Shown: positions 12,776 through 22,123, numbered from the stretch's first letter. The stretch: DNA of 64,000 bases from Polaromonas sp. (GCA_013823635.1 PNML01000005.1:1742-65741), one strand, 5' to 3'. Translations and numbers: made by a program. The notes: generated by a model not told the origin, from the sequence alone.

Positions 12776-13398
12776 GGGGCAGTCAGGTGTTGCGGCGGCG
12801 AGCCGGTTGGCCGCACCTGGCGGCTGATGGCCAGGGCGGCCATGGCCGTGACCACCGGCGCCAGCCCCAGCAGCACCCAGACCAGCGGCCAGCGCAGCAC
12901 GCCCACCATCACAAACGCCACCACCACCAGCGCCGCGCAGCGGACAGTGCCCAGGGGGTTGTGGCGCAGCGGGGCCAGCATTTTCAGGCCGGTGCCCGCG
13001 ATCAGCCCGGCTGCCACGGCACCCAGGCCACGCAGCGCCCCGTGCACCACCGGGGTCTCCACCCAGGCGCTGACCAGCACCACCAGCAGCAGCATGATGC
13101 ACAAGGGCAGGGCCAGCATGCCGGCCAGGGCGGCCAGCGCGCCGCCCGCGCCAAAAAACCGGCCCCCCAACATGAGCGACATGTTGACCACGTTGGGGCC
13201 CGGCATGATTTGCGCCACCGCCCAGTCTTCCAGAAACTGCTCATTGCTGAGCCAACGGCGTTTTTCCACCATCTCGCGCTGCACCAGGGCCACCACCCCC
13301 CCAAAACCTTGCAGGGCCAGCCAGGAAAAGGCCCAGAACAAGGCCGTTTTGGAGGCCGGCCGGGCGAGCTGGGGGTCATCCGTTGTGGGCGACATCAT
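12772..13398 (-). CDS. chrA: chromate transporter family protein, half-size (first of pair)
   Basis: 208 aa with FGGVVALVQREMVEKRRWLS...AQIMPGPN, a CHR-family signature. Confidence 0.75.
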   Translation of the reverse strand: MMSPTTDDPQLARPASKTALFWAFSWLALQGFGGVVALVQREMVEKRRWLSNEQFLEDWAVAQIMPGPNVVNMSLMLGGRFFGAGGALAALAGMLALPLCIMLLLVVLVSAWVETPVVHGALRGLGAVAAGLIAGTGLKMLAPLRHNPLGTVRCAALVVVAFVMVGVLRWPLVWVLLGLAPVVTAMAALAISRQVRPTGSPPQHLTAP

Positions 13399-13409
13399 TG
13401 ATAAAATAA

Positions 13410-13460
13410 ATAGCTAACAAATGAATATATAAAAGCGCTGGACGGTGTTTTTATTGAAAA
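13410..13460 (+). repeat. AT-rich 51-nt dispersed repeat, copy B (SDR/chrA spacer)
   Basis: ATAGCTAAC aaatgaatatataa AAGCGCTG gacggtg TTTTTATTGAAAA. G+C is 15/51. Confidence 0.85.
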
Positions 13461-13464
13461 CTCA

Positions 13465-14208
13465 TCACACCGTCATGCCCCCCGCCACCTCCAGCACCGC
13501 GCCATTGACGTAGCTGGCCTCGTCGCTGGCCAGAAAGGCGTACACGTTGGCGATTTCTTCCGGGCGGCCCAAACGCTTCAGGGGCACGCGGTGCTCCATT
13601 TCGGCAATGACCTTGTCGGGAATGGTGCTGAGAATGGGGGTGGCCACAAAGCCCGGGGCCACGGCATTCACGCGCACGCCCTTGGGGCCCAGCTCGCGGC
13701 TCCAGGTTTTGGTGAAGCCGATGACCCCGAATTTGGTGGCCGCGTAGTTGGTTTGCCCAAAGTTGCCGTAGATGCCCACCACCGAGCTGGCGTTCAGGAT
13801 GACGCCGCTGCCCTGGGCCACCATGGTGTCGGCCACGGCCTGGGTGCAGTGGAAAACGCCACGCAGGTTGACGTCGATGACCTGGTCAAACTGCTCCAGC
13901 GTCATTTTTTGCAAGCGGGCGTCTTGCGTGATGCCCGCGTTGTTCACCAGCACGTCAATGCGGCCAAACCGGTCCTTCACCTGGGCGACCACTGCATCAA
14001 CCCTGTCGCGCTGGGTCACATCCATCACAAAACCAATGGCCTCAGCCCCCAGCGCCTGGCAACTGGCCACCGCGTCGTCCACGGCGGACTGTTTCATGTC
14101 GCACACCACGACCACGGCGCCTTCGGCGGCAAATTTCTGTGCGGTGGCCAAGCCAATGCCCTGGGCGGCGCCGGTGATGATGCTGACCTTGTTGTTCAAA
14201 CGTTTCAT
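13465..14208 (-). CDS. SDR-family 3-oxoacyl reductase (FabG/PhaB-like)
   Basis: Motifs [12 protein letters not shown] and the catalytic NYAATK are present. The start is ATG 14208 (MKRLNNK). Confidence 0.8.
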   Translation of the reverse strand: MKRLNNKVSIITGAAQGIGLATAQKFAAEGAVVVVCDMKQSAVDDAVASCQALGAEAIGFVMDVTQRDRVDAVVAQVKDRFGRIDVLVNNAGITQDARLQKMTLEQFDQVIDVNLRGVFHCTQAVADTMVAQGSGVILNASSVVGIYGNFGQTNYAATKFGVIGFTKTWSRELGPKGVRVNAVAPGFVATPILSTIPDKVIAEMEHRVPLKRLGRPEEIANVYAFLASDEASYVNGAVLEVAGGMTV

Positions 14209-14283
14209 GGGTGGGGAGAAAGCTGGGTTGATCAAACCCCACGGCGTGGGGCGGTGTGCGAGTGGCGTGGTGGAAGCCACCGC

Positions 14284-14922
14284 TCAGCCGACATTGTGCA
14301 CAGCCGGGTGCCACACCAGGCGACCCTGGCCACCATCGTTCAGCCGTTGCTCAAAGGAGGCGGCTTGGTCCTCCGGCAGGCGCAGCGTCAGGGTGACCAC
14401 GCTGGCGTGCACCACATCCAGCAGTTGGGCCTGCTGCTGCTCGATTTCACGGCGCACCCAGCCCTCCAACGCGTAGGGCACGCTGCATTGGCGCTGCACC
14501 TGGCGCTGCAAAGGCACCAACTGGCCCTGCGACTTGGCGGCGAGCAGCGCCTGGGCCACCGCGTCGGTGTAGGCCCGCACCAGGCCACCGGCGCCCAGCT
14601 TCACGCCACCGAAATAGCGCACCACGGTGGCCAGGCAACCCTCCAGCGACTGGTGGCGCATCACGTCCAGCATGGGGCGACCGGCTGTGCCGCCGGGTTC
14701 GCCGTCGTCGTTGGCGGCGGACTGACCGCCCGCCAGCAATGCCCAGCACACGTGCGCTGCGGTCGGGTGCGCCTGCTTGAGCTGTGTCACCCGCGCCAAG
14801 GCCGCCGCTCGGTCGTCCACGGGCTCGACGCAGCCCAGGAAGCGGCTTTTCTTGATGGTGAGTTCGCTGTGCACAGCGCCCGACAATGTCTGACTCATGG
14901 TCATATTGTCGTCAAGGTGCAT
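14284..14922 (-). CDS. yigZ: YigZ/IMPACT-family protein (UPF0029)
   Basis: Motifs KKSRFLG, DDGEPGGTAG and VVRYFGGVKLG are present. The start could instead be the MTMSQ methionines a few codons in. Confidence 0.75.
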   Translation of the reverse strand: MHLDDNMTMSQTLSGAVHSELTIKKSRFLGCVEPVDDRAAALARVTQLKQAHPTAAHVCWALLAGGQSAANDDGEPGGTAGRPMLDVMRHQSLEGCLATVVRYFGGVKLGAGGLVRAYTDAVAQALLAAKSQGQLVPLQRQVQRQCSVPYALEGWVRREIEQQQAQLLDVVHASVVTLTLRLPEDQAASFEQRLNDGGQGRLVWHPAVHNVG

Positions 14923-14993
14923 TGGGGTGAACTGGCGAGTTGGTTAATTTATTCCACGATGTATCTTATGTAAAGTCACATACAAAGCAGTGA

Positions 14994-15038
14994 GCCGCCA
15001 GATGCCCACCTCTGCACCCGCTGACGGTGGGTGGCGGC
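14994..15038 (-). terminator. strong hairpin downstream of the acylase gene (possible terminator, no U-tract)
   Basis: GCCGCCA-gatg-CCCACC ... GGTGGG-TGGCGGC gives 13 bp in total. It lies 50 nt after the stop at 15089. Confidence 0.3.
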
Positions 15039-15088
15039 TGTGGGCGTTGATGACCGCGCCCATGTATCGCTGGGCGCCAGGGTCGTTG

Positions 15089-17722
15089 TCATGGCAACAC
15101 CTGCAAGGACGAGGTCCAACGGCTGGGCTGCAGCTGCAAGGGCCGGTATTGCACCTTGGCCCACGCGGCCGACATGTCGCGGTAACGCGACGACAACACG
15201 TTGCCACTCTGGCCCGTCTGGTAGATGAACACGCTTTTCTCCAGGTCCGCCAGGTCATACACCGCGCGCAAGGATGCGGCGTGGCGGTTGGCATACGGCT
15301 GCGCTGGGTTGTCCAGCTGAAACTGGCCGACGTTGACCGTGAAGGTGTCGCCGCCGGAGGGCACACTGACTTCAAAGGCTGGCGCCAGCAGCTTCACATT
15401 GCTGAAAGGCTGGTGCTTGGACACGGCGGGGTGGGCCTGGCCCCAGCGCCACTGGTCAACCCTAGGGCCATGGCGGGCCTGCAATTCGGTCAGGGCGGTG
15501 GCCAGCGCCCGCGAAGATGCGGCGGCACAACCGCCCTCCCCGCACCAAAAACCGTCGTTGCGGGCCAAGGCGTCTTCCATGGCGGTGCGGAAATGGCGCT
15601 TGCCGTACAAGGCCTTGGTTTTGGTTTCGCCCAGCGTGCGCACCAGCGCTTGCCGGGTGAACACATCTGCCCACGCAGAGAAAATCAGCGGTGCGGCGTG
15701 GTCCGCGCGCATCACACCGTCAAAGTGGGCCAATGCCTGTTGGGCGGCGGCGGCCAGGGGGTGGTCTGATGGGGTGTTTTGCAGCACCGGCAACAGTTTC
15801 AGGGTGGCCAGCGACAGTTCATCGGCCTGCAAGGCCTGCATGGACTCGCGGGTGTGGCGCGGCGTGGCCTGCAGCAGGGTTTCAATGCGCTGCTGGCGAT
15901 ACGGGTAGGTCCAGTCCTGGGTGATGAAATGCGGGTAGTCGGTGCCGTGGATGCGCTGGTTGGCGGTGGCCAGCCAGCCCCGCTGTTGCGCCTGGGCCGA
16001 GGCCGTGTGCCGGGCCGCAGCGGCGGCTGGGGTGGTGTCGGGGTGGAAGGTGGGGCTGGACGGCTCACCCAGGCGTACCTCGGGTGTGTCGGCATAGGGT
16101 ATCCAGCCATGCCAGTCGTAGCGGCGCTCCCATCCGGGTGACGGCGCCACGCCCCGGATGTCGTTGTCCGGGCCTCGCACGGGCACCTTGCCCGCCGCCT
16201 TGTAGGCCACATGCCCCTGCACGTCGGCCACCACCACGTTTTGCATGGGTGAGTGGTAGTGGCGGTAGGCGTGCAGCAGCTCGTCCACGCTGCGGGCGCG
16301 GTTGCCTTCCAGCCCGGCCAGCACCGTGTGGTTGTCGGCGTCCAGCGCGCTCCAGCGCAATGCCAGCACAAACCGGCGGGTGTCCAGCAGTTCGGTGTGG
16401 CTGGCCTGGGCGTCGCTCAGCACCGGGCCGTGGCGCGTGCTGCGCACCGTGTGGCGGACCTCGCCCTGCCCTTTCACCCGGATGATTTCCTCACGCGTGT
16501 CAAAGTCGGCCCAGGCGGCTGGCTGGCCGGGGGGCGCGGGCACGCGGTACTGCGCGGGGTTGTCGGGGTTGATCTCCTCCAGGTACAGGTCCTGCACATC
16601 GGGGGCGGTGTTGGTGAAGCCCCAGGCCAGGTGGGCGTTGCGGCCCAGCACCACAAAGGGCAGACCTGGCAGGGTGGCCCCCGTGACGTCCAGCTCGCCC
16701 TGACCGACTGCTGCGGGTGATTGCAGCCGGGCAAAGTACCAGACGGCCGGGGCGCTCAGGCCCAGGTGGGGGTCGTTGGCCAAGAGCGGACGCCCGCTGT
16801 GGGTGTGCGACCCCGCCACCACCCAGTTGTTGGAGCCCTTGCCATCCACCTCGCCCAGGGTGTGGGCCCAGTCGTTCACCGCTTGGGCCAAGGTGGTGGA
16901 CGCGGCGCGGGTCAACGTTGAATAAAAATTGACTCCATCGCTTTCTGCTGTTGGCTTTGCAGCTGCGTTTTTTGCAAATGGTGTGGCGCTGCTGTCGGCG
17001 TACACCCCCAGTCCCCGGTAGAGCTGGGCCAGGTCGGCGGTGGCGGCCGGCGGCTCTCCGGGGTAGGCTGGGAAGAGCTGCCACAGGCGCTCGGTGTCCA
17101 GCACCTGCAGGCTGGAGAGCCGCGCGAACTCGTTGCCCCAGTTGCCGCCCAGGTCCAGCGCCATCATCAGGGCCCAGCCCATGGCGTCGGTGGGGGTCCA
17201 GAAACGGCCCTCGCGTGCGGCGGCGCGGGGGTCAATGCCCAAGGCCAGAAACTCGGGCGTGAGCGCCTGCTGGCTGTGGGCCATGAAGCTGTTCACACCG
17301 TCGGCGTAAGCCTGCAGTGCGGCCTGGGCTGCGGTGGGCAGGCCCTGCCACTGGCGTTCGGCGGCCTGCCGAATGCCCAGGGTGCGCAGCAGTTTGTCGG
17401 TGGGCAGCGTGGCGGGCCCCAGCACCTCGGACAGTGTGCCGTGCATCACCCGCCGGTTGAACTCCAGCTGCCACGCCCGTTCCTGGGCGTGCACCATGCC
17501 CAGGGCTTTGAAGGCGTCCAGCGGGGTCTGCGCCAGGATGTGGGTCACATCGGCGGCATCGCGTTGGATGTGCACCGCCGCACCCAGGCCATCCAGGTGG
17601 GTGACACCCTGCATTTGGGGCTGGCTGCGCAGCGCATACACGGCGGTGGTGGCGCCCACGGCCAGAGCGGCGGCGCCGAGCAGGCCCAACACGGCCAGGG
17701 AGATTCGGGTCAATGGGGTCAT
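15089..17722 (-). CDS. penicillin-acylase-family Ntn hydrolase (possible acyl-homoserine-lactone acylase)
   Basis: 877 aa with a signal peptide. The beta-subunit N-terminal nucleophile context is GKGSNNWVVAG. Overall length is typical of PvdQ/QuiP/AiiD-type acylases. Confidence 0.85.
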   Translation of the reverse strand: MTPLTRISLAVLGLLGAAALAVGATTAVYALRSQPQMQGVTHLDGLGAAVHIQRDAADVTHILAQTPLDAFKALGMVHAQERAWQLEFNRRVMHGTLSEVLGPATLPTDKLLRTLGIRQAAERQWQGLPTAAQAALQAYADGVNSFMAHSQQALTPEFLALGIDPRAAAREGRFWTPTDAMGWALMMALDLGGNWGNEFARLSSLQVLDTERLWQLFPAYPGEPPAATADLAQLYRGLGVYADSSATPFAKNAAAKPTAESDGVNFYSTLTRAASTTLAQAVNDWAHTLGEVDGKGSNNWVVAGSHTHSGRPLLANDPHLGLSAPAVWYFARLQSPAAVGQGELDVTGATLPGLPFVVLGRNAHLAWGFTNTAPDVQDLYLEEINPDNPAQYRVPAPPGQPAAWADFDTREEIIRVKGQGEVRHTVRSTRHGPVLSDAQASHTELLDTRRFVLALRWSALDADNHTVLAGLEGNRARSVDELLHAYRHYHSPMQNVVVADVQGHVAYKAAGKVPVRGPDNDIRGVAPSPGWERRYDWHGWIPYADTPEVRLGEPSSPTFHPDTTPAAAAARHTASAQAQQRGWLATANQRIHGTDYPHFITQDWTYPYRQQRIETLLQATPRHTRESMQALQADELSLATLKLLPVLQNTPSDHPLAAAAQQALAHFDGVMRADHAAPLIFSAWADVFTRQALVRTLGETKTKALYGKRHFRTAMEDALARNDGFWCGEGGCAAASSRALATALTELQARHGPRVDQWRWGQAHPAVSKHQPFSNVKLLAPAFEVSVPSGGDTFTVNVGQFQLDNPAQPYANRHAASLRAVYDLADLEKSVFIYQTGQSGNVLSSRYRDMSAAWAKVQYRPLQLQPSRWTSSLQVLP
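16916..16966 (-). repeat. AT-rich 51-nt dispersed repeat, diverged copy inside the acylase CDS
   Basis: Reverse complement reads GCAGCTGCA aagccaacagcaga AAGCGATG gagtcaa TTTTTATTCAACG. It matches copy A at 31/51 positions. It shares 13 nt (AGCTGCAAAGCCA) exactly with copy C1. Confidence 0.65.
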
Positions 17723-17758
17723 GGTGCGGTCGGGATGGGGGTGGGTGGTGCTGGGGCT

Positions 17759-18835
17759 TCAGTCCCAGAACATCAGGGCTTCTTTGTCCATGAGGTGCAG
17801 CTCGACGGGTTTGCCCACGGGCAGCAGGACCTTGGTGGGCACGTGGCCGAAGGGCAGATCCCCCAGAACAGGCACCCCTCGCGGACACCAGGCGGTGGGG
17901 GCCGACAGTTGCTGGCGCAACCAGTCGGTGACGCTGTGCAGCTTGAACCCACGGTCATGCGGCACAGGTTTGTATTGGGTGAACTGGCCCATCAGCACGG
18001 CTTGCTGCTGACCCAGAATGCCGGCGTACAGCAGTTGGGTGAGCATGCGTTCCACCCGGTAGGGGTGCTCACCCACGTCTTCCAGAAACAGGATGCCGCC
18101 AGGCACCGACGGCATCCAGGGCGTGCCCACCAGTGAGCACAGCACCGCCAGGTTGCCCCCCCACAGCACGGCGTTGTGGATGCTGACCGCCGGCTCGTCG
18201 CCGGTGGCCACGGGGCGGTCGCGCTTGGGCACCCGCCAACCCGTGCCCTCGCCCAGGCCACAGAGCAGGTCTTCAAAGCAGGACTCCATGATGTCGTCGG
18301 GCAAGGGGGCGTCTTCGGTGCCCTGCGCCGGGTCGGCGCCAAAGTCTTCGCCCAGGGCGGGGCCGGCCCAGGTGACGGCGCCCTGCCCCAGTGCGCCGTG
18401 GGTGCGTTGCTGGTGGGCCATCAGGCCGAGTTGCAGCGCGGTGAAGTCGCTCAGGCCCACCCAGTGCATGCCCGCCTCGATGGACCGGGCCACCGCGTCA
18501 AACGGCAGCTGTGGCAGCAGGCGGGTCAGCCCGTAGCCGCCACGGGAAATGAGGGCCACGTCCGCCTGGCTGGCGGCAGCGCGGGCGATGGCGGCCAGCC
18601 TGACCTCGTCAGGCCCGGCGAAACGCTGGTGGCTGCGCAGCGCGTCGGCGTCCACCTCGACGGTGTGGCCCAGGGCCTTCAGCCGGTTGATGCCCCGGCG
18701 AAAGGCCGCTTTGTCGCGCACGGCGCCGGAAGGGGAATAGACGTAGATGTGTTGGTGGGTCACAGGGAGGAACCTTTGCGTTGTTGGCTGCTGTTGAGCC
18801 GTTGGCGGCGGCGCCAGCGGGTGCGGGCCACCCAC
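17759..18835 (-). CDS. ldcA: LD-carboxypeptidase (peptidase S66, LdcA-like)
   Basis: Motifs ISRGGYG, the nucleophile elbow GLSDFTAL and the C-terminal LPFGHVPTK are present. The ATG at 18835 overlaps the upstream gene by 76 nt; GTG 18763 is an alternative start. Confidence 0.75.
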   Translation of the reverse strand: MGGPHPLAPPPTAQQQPTTQRFLPVTHQHIYVYSPSGAVRDKAAFRRGINRLKALGHTVEVDADALRSHQRFAGPDEVRLAAIARAAASQADVALISRGGYGLTRLLPQLPFDAVARSIEAGMHWVGLSDFTALQLGLMAHQQRTHGALGQGAVTWAGPALGEDFGADPAQGTEDAPLPDDIMESCFEDLLCGLGEGTGWRVPKRDRPVATGDEPAVSIHNAVLWGGNLAVLCSLVGTPWMPSVPGGILFLEDVGEHPYRVERMLTQLLYAGILGQQQAVLMGQFTQYKPVPHDRGFKLHSVTDWLRQQLSAPTAWCPRGVPVLGDLPFGHVPTKVLLPVGKPVELHLMDKEALMFWD

Positions 18836-19350
18836 AGCAGGCTGGTCAGTGCGTAAACCAGAAGCCCGCCGGTCACGGCGAAGATGACCAGCCCCACCAC
18901 CAGCGGCTTGCCCACGCCCGTGAGGTAGGCCCAGAAGCGGGCCAGCTGTTGGCCCAGGCTGCGGGCTTCCTGCTTCACCGGGTCGGGCGCCTGGGCCAGC
19001 ACTTCTTCGGCGTTTTGGGCCACCGTGGGGGGCTCACCCACCAGCTTGACCCCCAGCTTGTAGGCCGCGTAGTACACGGGGCCAAAGGTCACGGGGTTGG
19101 TCACCAGCGTGCTGCCCATGGCCACCGGCAGGTTGGCCCTCAGCAGCACAGCGGTGGCGGCGGAAAAAGGAATTTGCGCCACCGGAATCAGGAAACCAAA
19201 AAAGATGCCAATGGCCAGACCCAGTGCCAGGCCCTTGCGGCTCATGTGCCACAGACGGGGGTGGTACAGGGCCGGCCCCAGCCACTTCAACCAGCGGTTG
19301 TGCTGAACACTCTCCCGCGTGGGCAGTTGCTTTTTCAGCCAGGCGTTCAT
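18760..19350 (-). CDS. DUF2062 membrane protein
   Basis: MNAWLKKQLPTRESV...GIFFGFLIPVAQIPFSAATAVLLRANLPVAM. The ATG at 19350 overlaps the tadA-fusion stop in an ATGA arrangement. Confidence 0.7.
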   Translation of the reverse strand: MNAWLKKQLPTRESVQHNRWLKWLGPALYHPRLWHMSRKGLALGLAIGIFFGFLIPVAQIPFSAATAVLLRANLPVAMGSTLVTNPVTFGPVYYAAYKLGVKLVGEPPTVAQNAEEVLAQAPDPVKQEARSLGQQLARFWAYLTGVGKPLVVGLVIFAVTGGLLVYALTSLLWVARTRWRRRQRLNSSQQRKGSSL

Positions 19351-20630
19351 GCCTGCCAGCCGGCGGATTGCAGCAGCTGCACCACCGCACGGGCCAAGGC
19401 CTGGCCGCCTGTGTCGGTGTCGAGGTCGGCGGACGGGCAATGGGCCATGGTCAGGCCGGGCAGAGCGTTCATGGGTGGTGCGGTGAAATCGACGGGCTCA
19501 AAACGGGCAAAGGCGCGCGGGGCAGCCCGGTGGCCCGAGTCGGGGAACGGCGCATCATAAGCGGGGTGGTGTGATGCCGCGCGCCGCTGGCGTTGGGTGG
19601 GCCTGGCGCCCGTTCGCACGGCGCTGCGTTGGGCCTCTTCCGCCGGGGTGGACCAGGTCAGCACGGCGGCGCAGCCAGGGGCGCAGGTTCGCCACCACGC
19701 CGCTGCCAGGGCCGCCATGCCCCCGCGCGCCGGGGCCAGCAGCAGCACACGTCGCACGCCCAAATGCTGCTGCAGCGCCTGCAACACCTGGGTGTGCCAT
19801 GCCAGGGTGTGTGCCCGTTCTTTTTTGGGCTTGTCGCTGTGGCCAAAACCGATGAGGTCGGGTGCCACCACCCTCAGGCCCTGCCCGGCCAGCGCGGTCC
19901 ACAGATGCCGGTGGTCCCAGCTCCACCCCTCGGCGGTGTGCAGGCACAGCACCGCCATGTCCCGGGGTGGGCCTGGGGGGGCCTGCTCCAGGTAGTGCAG
20001 GCGCAGGCCCGCCAGCACCGGCCAATCGCTCACCCAATGGCGAACGCCCGGCAGCGGGGGCAGGTGGGCAAAGCGGCTTTCGGGGGTGCGCAATGCGTCT
20101 TCCCGCAGGGGCTGGGGGTTGGCACGGCGGGGGGCAAAAAAACCTTTCAGCAGTTGCGCACACGCGGGGGCCAGCACGCCGCCCTGCACCTGGGTCTGGT
20201 GGTTGAGGGCGGGCAGCGCAAACAGGTTGAGCACCGAGCCTGCGGCACCGGTTCGGGCATCGGCGGCGCCAAACACCACGCGTGCCAGGCGCGCATGCAG
20301 CATGGCCCCGCTGCACATGGCGCACGGCTCCAGCGTGACGTACAGGGTGCAGCCCTCCAGCCGGTAGTTGCCCAAGGCGCGTGCGGCTGCGCGCAGGGCC
20401 ACCACTTCGGCATGGCCGGTGGGGTCATGCTGGGCAATGGGCTGGTTGTGCCCGGTGGCCAGCACATGGCCCTGGGCGTCCACCACCACGGCGCCCACGG
20501 GCACTTCGCCCTGGGCGGCGGCCAGCGCCGCCTGCGCCAGGGCCAGTTGCATCCAGTGCTCGTCGTCGGCCCGCGTGTCTCGGGTTGAACCTTGTTGCAG
20601 CCCCACAGTCTCCATCGCTTCCCAGGTCAA
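19347..20630 (-). CDS. tadA: tRNA adenosine(34) deaminase TadA fused to a degenerate alpha/beta-hydrolase (haloalkane-dehalogenase-like) domain
   Basis: The N-terminal ~175 aa carry GHAEVVAL and LEPCAMCSGA zinc motifs. The C-terminal ~245 aa carry APDLIGFGHSDKP, but APARGG stands where the nucleophile elbow should be. Confidence 0.8.
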   Translation of the reverse strand: MTWEAMETVGLQQGSTRDTRADDEHWMQLALAQAALAAAQGEVPVGAVVVDAQGHVLATGHNQPIAQHDPTGHAEVVALRAAARALGNYRLEGCTLYVTLEPCAMCSGAMLHARLARVVFGAADARTGAAGSVLNLFALPALNHQTQVQGGVLAPACAQLLKGFFAPRRANPQPLREDALRTPESRFAHLPPLPGVRHWVSDWPVLAGLRLHYLEQAPPGPPRDMAVLCLHTAEGWSWDHRHLWTALAGQGLRVVAPDLIGFGHSDKPKKERAHTLAWHTQVLQALQQHLGVRRVLLLAPARGGMAALAAAWWRTCAPGCAAVLTWSTPAEEAQRSAVRTGARPTQRQRRAASHHPAYDAPFPDSGHRAAPRAFARFEPVDFTAPPMNALPGLTMAHCPSADLDTDTGGQALARAVVQLLQSAGWQA

Positions 20631-20724
20631 TGCCTTGTTGAGTGGGCCAGGTCCACCACAGGCCGCACAATCTGATGATAGCCACCGGCCCTGCCCCGCC
20701 GCCCCACCACCCTGCCCTCACACC

Positions 20725-21366
20725 ATGTACTGCCCTGCCCACTTTGATGAAACCCGTTTGCCCGTGCTGCACGAGCTGATGCGCCACCACCCCCTGGCCA
20801 CGCTGGTCACGGTGGGTGCCAACGGTCTGTCGGCCGAACATGTGCCTTTGCTGCTGCGCCGTGGTGCGGCGGGCCAGGACCTGCTGGTGGGCCATGTGGC
20901 GCGTGGCAACCCGCTGGCACAGGCCCATTTGGCCGACGTGTTGGTGGTGTTCCAAGGCCCGCAGTGTTACGTGTCACCCAACTGGTACGCCAGCAAGGTT
21001 GATGGTGGACAGGTGGTGCCCACCTGGAACTACGCCGTGGTGCACGCCACCGGCACGCTGCGCACCCTGGACGACCCCACCTGGAAGCGGGCGCTGCTGC
21101 ATGAACTCACCCAGGCGCATGAGCAGGCACAGCCTCACCCCTGGGCTGTGGACGATGCACCCGCGCCCTACATCGAGCGCCTGCTGGGGGCCATTGTGGG
21201 CATTGAAATTGAGGTGACGGCGTTGAGTGGGAAATGGAAGGTCAGCCAGAACCAGCCCGCCGCCAACCAGGCCTCGGTGGTGGCCGGTTTGCGCCACGCG
21301 GGCAGCGAGCAGCACCACGCCATGGCGGACCTGGTTCAGGCATTTGGCAAGCCCCCAGCCCCGTGA
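20725..21366 (+). CDS. paiB: PaiB-family FMN-binding putative transcriptional regulator
   Basis: MYCPAHFDETRLPVLHELMRHHPLATLV...YVSPNWY...WKVSQNQ is characteristic of PaiB. The start is ATG 20725, inside the longer track ORF. Confidence 0.75.
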   Translation: MYCPAHFDETRLPVLHELMRHHPLATLVTVGANGLSAEHVPLLLRRGAAGQDLLVGHVARGNPLAQAHLADVLVVFQGPQCYVSPNWYASKVDGGQVVPTWNYAVVHATGTLRTLDDPTWKRALLHELTQAHEQAQPHPWAVDDAPAPYIERLLGAIVGIEIEVTALSGKWKVSQNQPAANQASVVAGLRHAGSEQHHAMADLVQAFGKPPAP

Positions 21367-21373
21367 GCGCCCG

Positions 21374-22123
21374 TTGAACACCGACCCGTTTTTTTACCTG
21401 GTGGCCATCCCGGCGGTGCTGCTGCTGGGCCTGAGCAAAAGCGGCTTTGGCGCGGGCTTTGGCTCGCTGGCCGTGCCACTGATGGCCTTGGCCATACCCG
21501 TGCCGCAGGCCGCGGCCATCTTCATGCCGCTGCTGTTCGTCATGGACGTGCTCACGCTCAAGGCCTTTCGCAAAGAACTGGACTGGGCGCTGTTCCGCTT
21601 TCTGCTGCCCTGGGGCTTGCTGGGCATTGCCGTGGGGGCTGCGCTGTTCAAAACACTGGACAGCCACACGGTGGCCGGTCTGGTGGGCCTGTTCGCCTGG
21701 GGGTTTCTGGCGCAGCGCAAGCTGTTTCCGCCCAAGGCCGACGCACCGCCACCGGGCAAGTTCTGGGGGGCGGTCATGAGCACCACCTCGGGCTTCACCA
21801 GCTTTGTGTCGCACTCGGGCGGGCCGCCCATCAACGCCTACGTCATCCCGCTGAAGCTGGCGCCCACGGTGTTCACCGGGACGCTGGCGGCGTTTTTCTT
21901 CGTCATCAACCTGAGCAAATGGCTGCCGTACGCCTGGCTGGGGCTGTTCGATGCCAGCAACCTGGCCACCTCAGCCGCCCTGCTGCCGTTTGCGCCCCTG
22001 GGTGTGTGGGCGGGGGTGAAGGTGGCGCGGCGCATCAGCATGGTGTGGTTTTACCGGCTGGTGGACTGGGGCATGTTCCTCACCGGCGCCAAGCTGGTGT
22101 GGGATGGTTTTGTGGCACGCTGA
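21374..22123 (+). CDS. TauE/SafE (DUF81) family anion exporter
   Basis: Polytopic membrane protein (LLLGLSKSGFGAGFGSLAVPLMAL). TTG 21374 lies 8 nt after the paiB stop. Confidence 0.7.
   Translation: MNTDPFFYLVAIPAVLLLGLSKSGFGAGFGSLAVPLMALAIPVPQAAAIFMPLLFVMDVLTLKAFRKELDWALFRFLLPWGLLGIAVGAALFKTLDSHTVAGLVGLFAWGFLAQRKLFPPKADAPPPGKFWGAVMSTTSGFTSFVSHSGGPPINAYVIPLKLAPTVFTGTLAAFFFVINLSKWLPYAWLGLFDASNLATSAALLPFAPLGVWAGVKVARRISMVWFYRLVDWGMFLTGAKLVWDGFVAR

Noticed and set aside
13591-14973. 460-aa ORF on the plus strand
   Set aside because: It is antisense to the SDR and yigZ genes, both of which carry clear family motifs. No motifs are present in this frame.
14930-14990. AT-rich spacer upstream of yigZ as another copy of the 51-nt repeat
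   Set aside because: It lacks the ATAGC and AAGCG anchors at the 14-nt spacing. It is probably just a promoter region.
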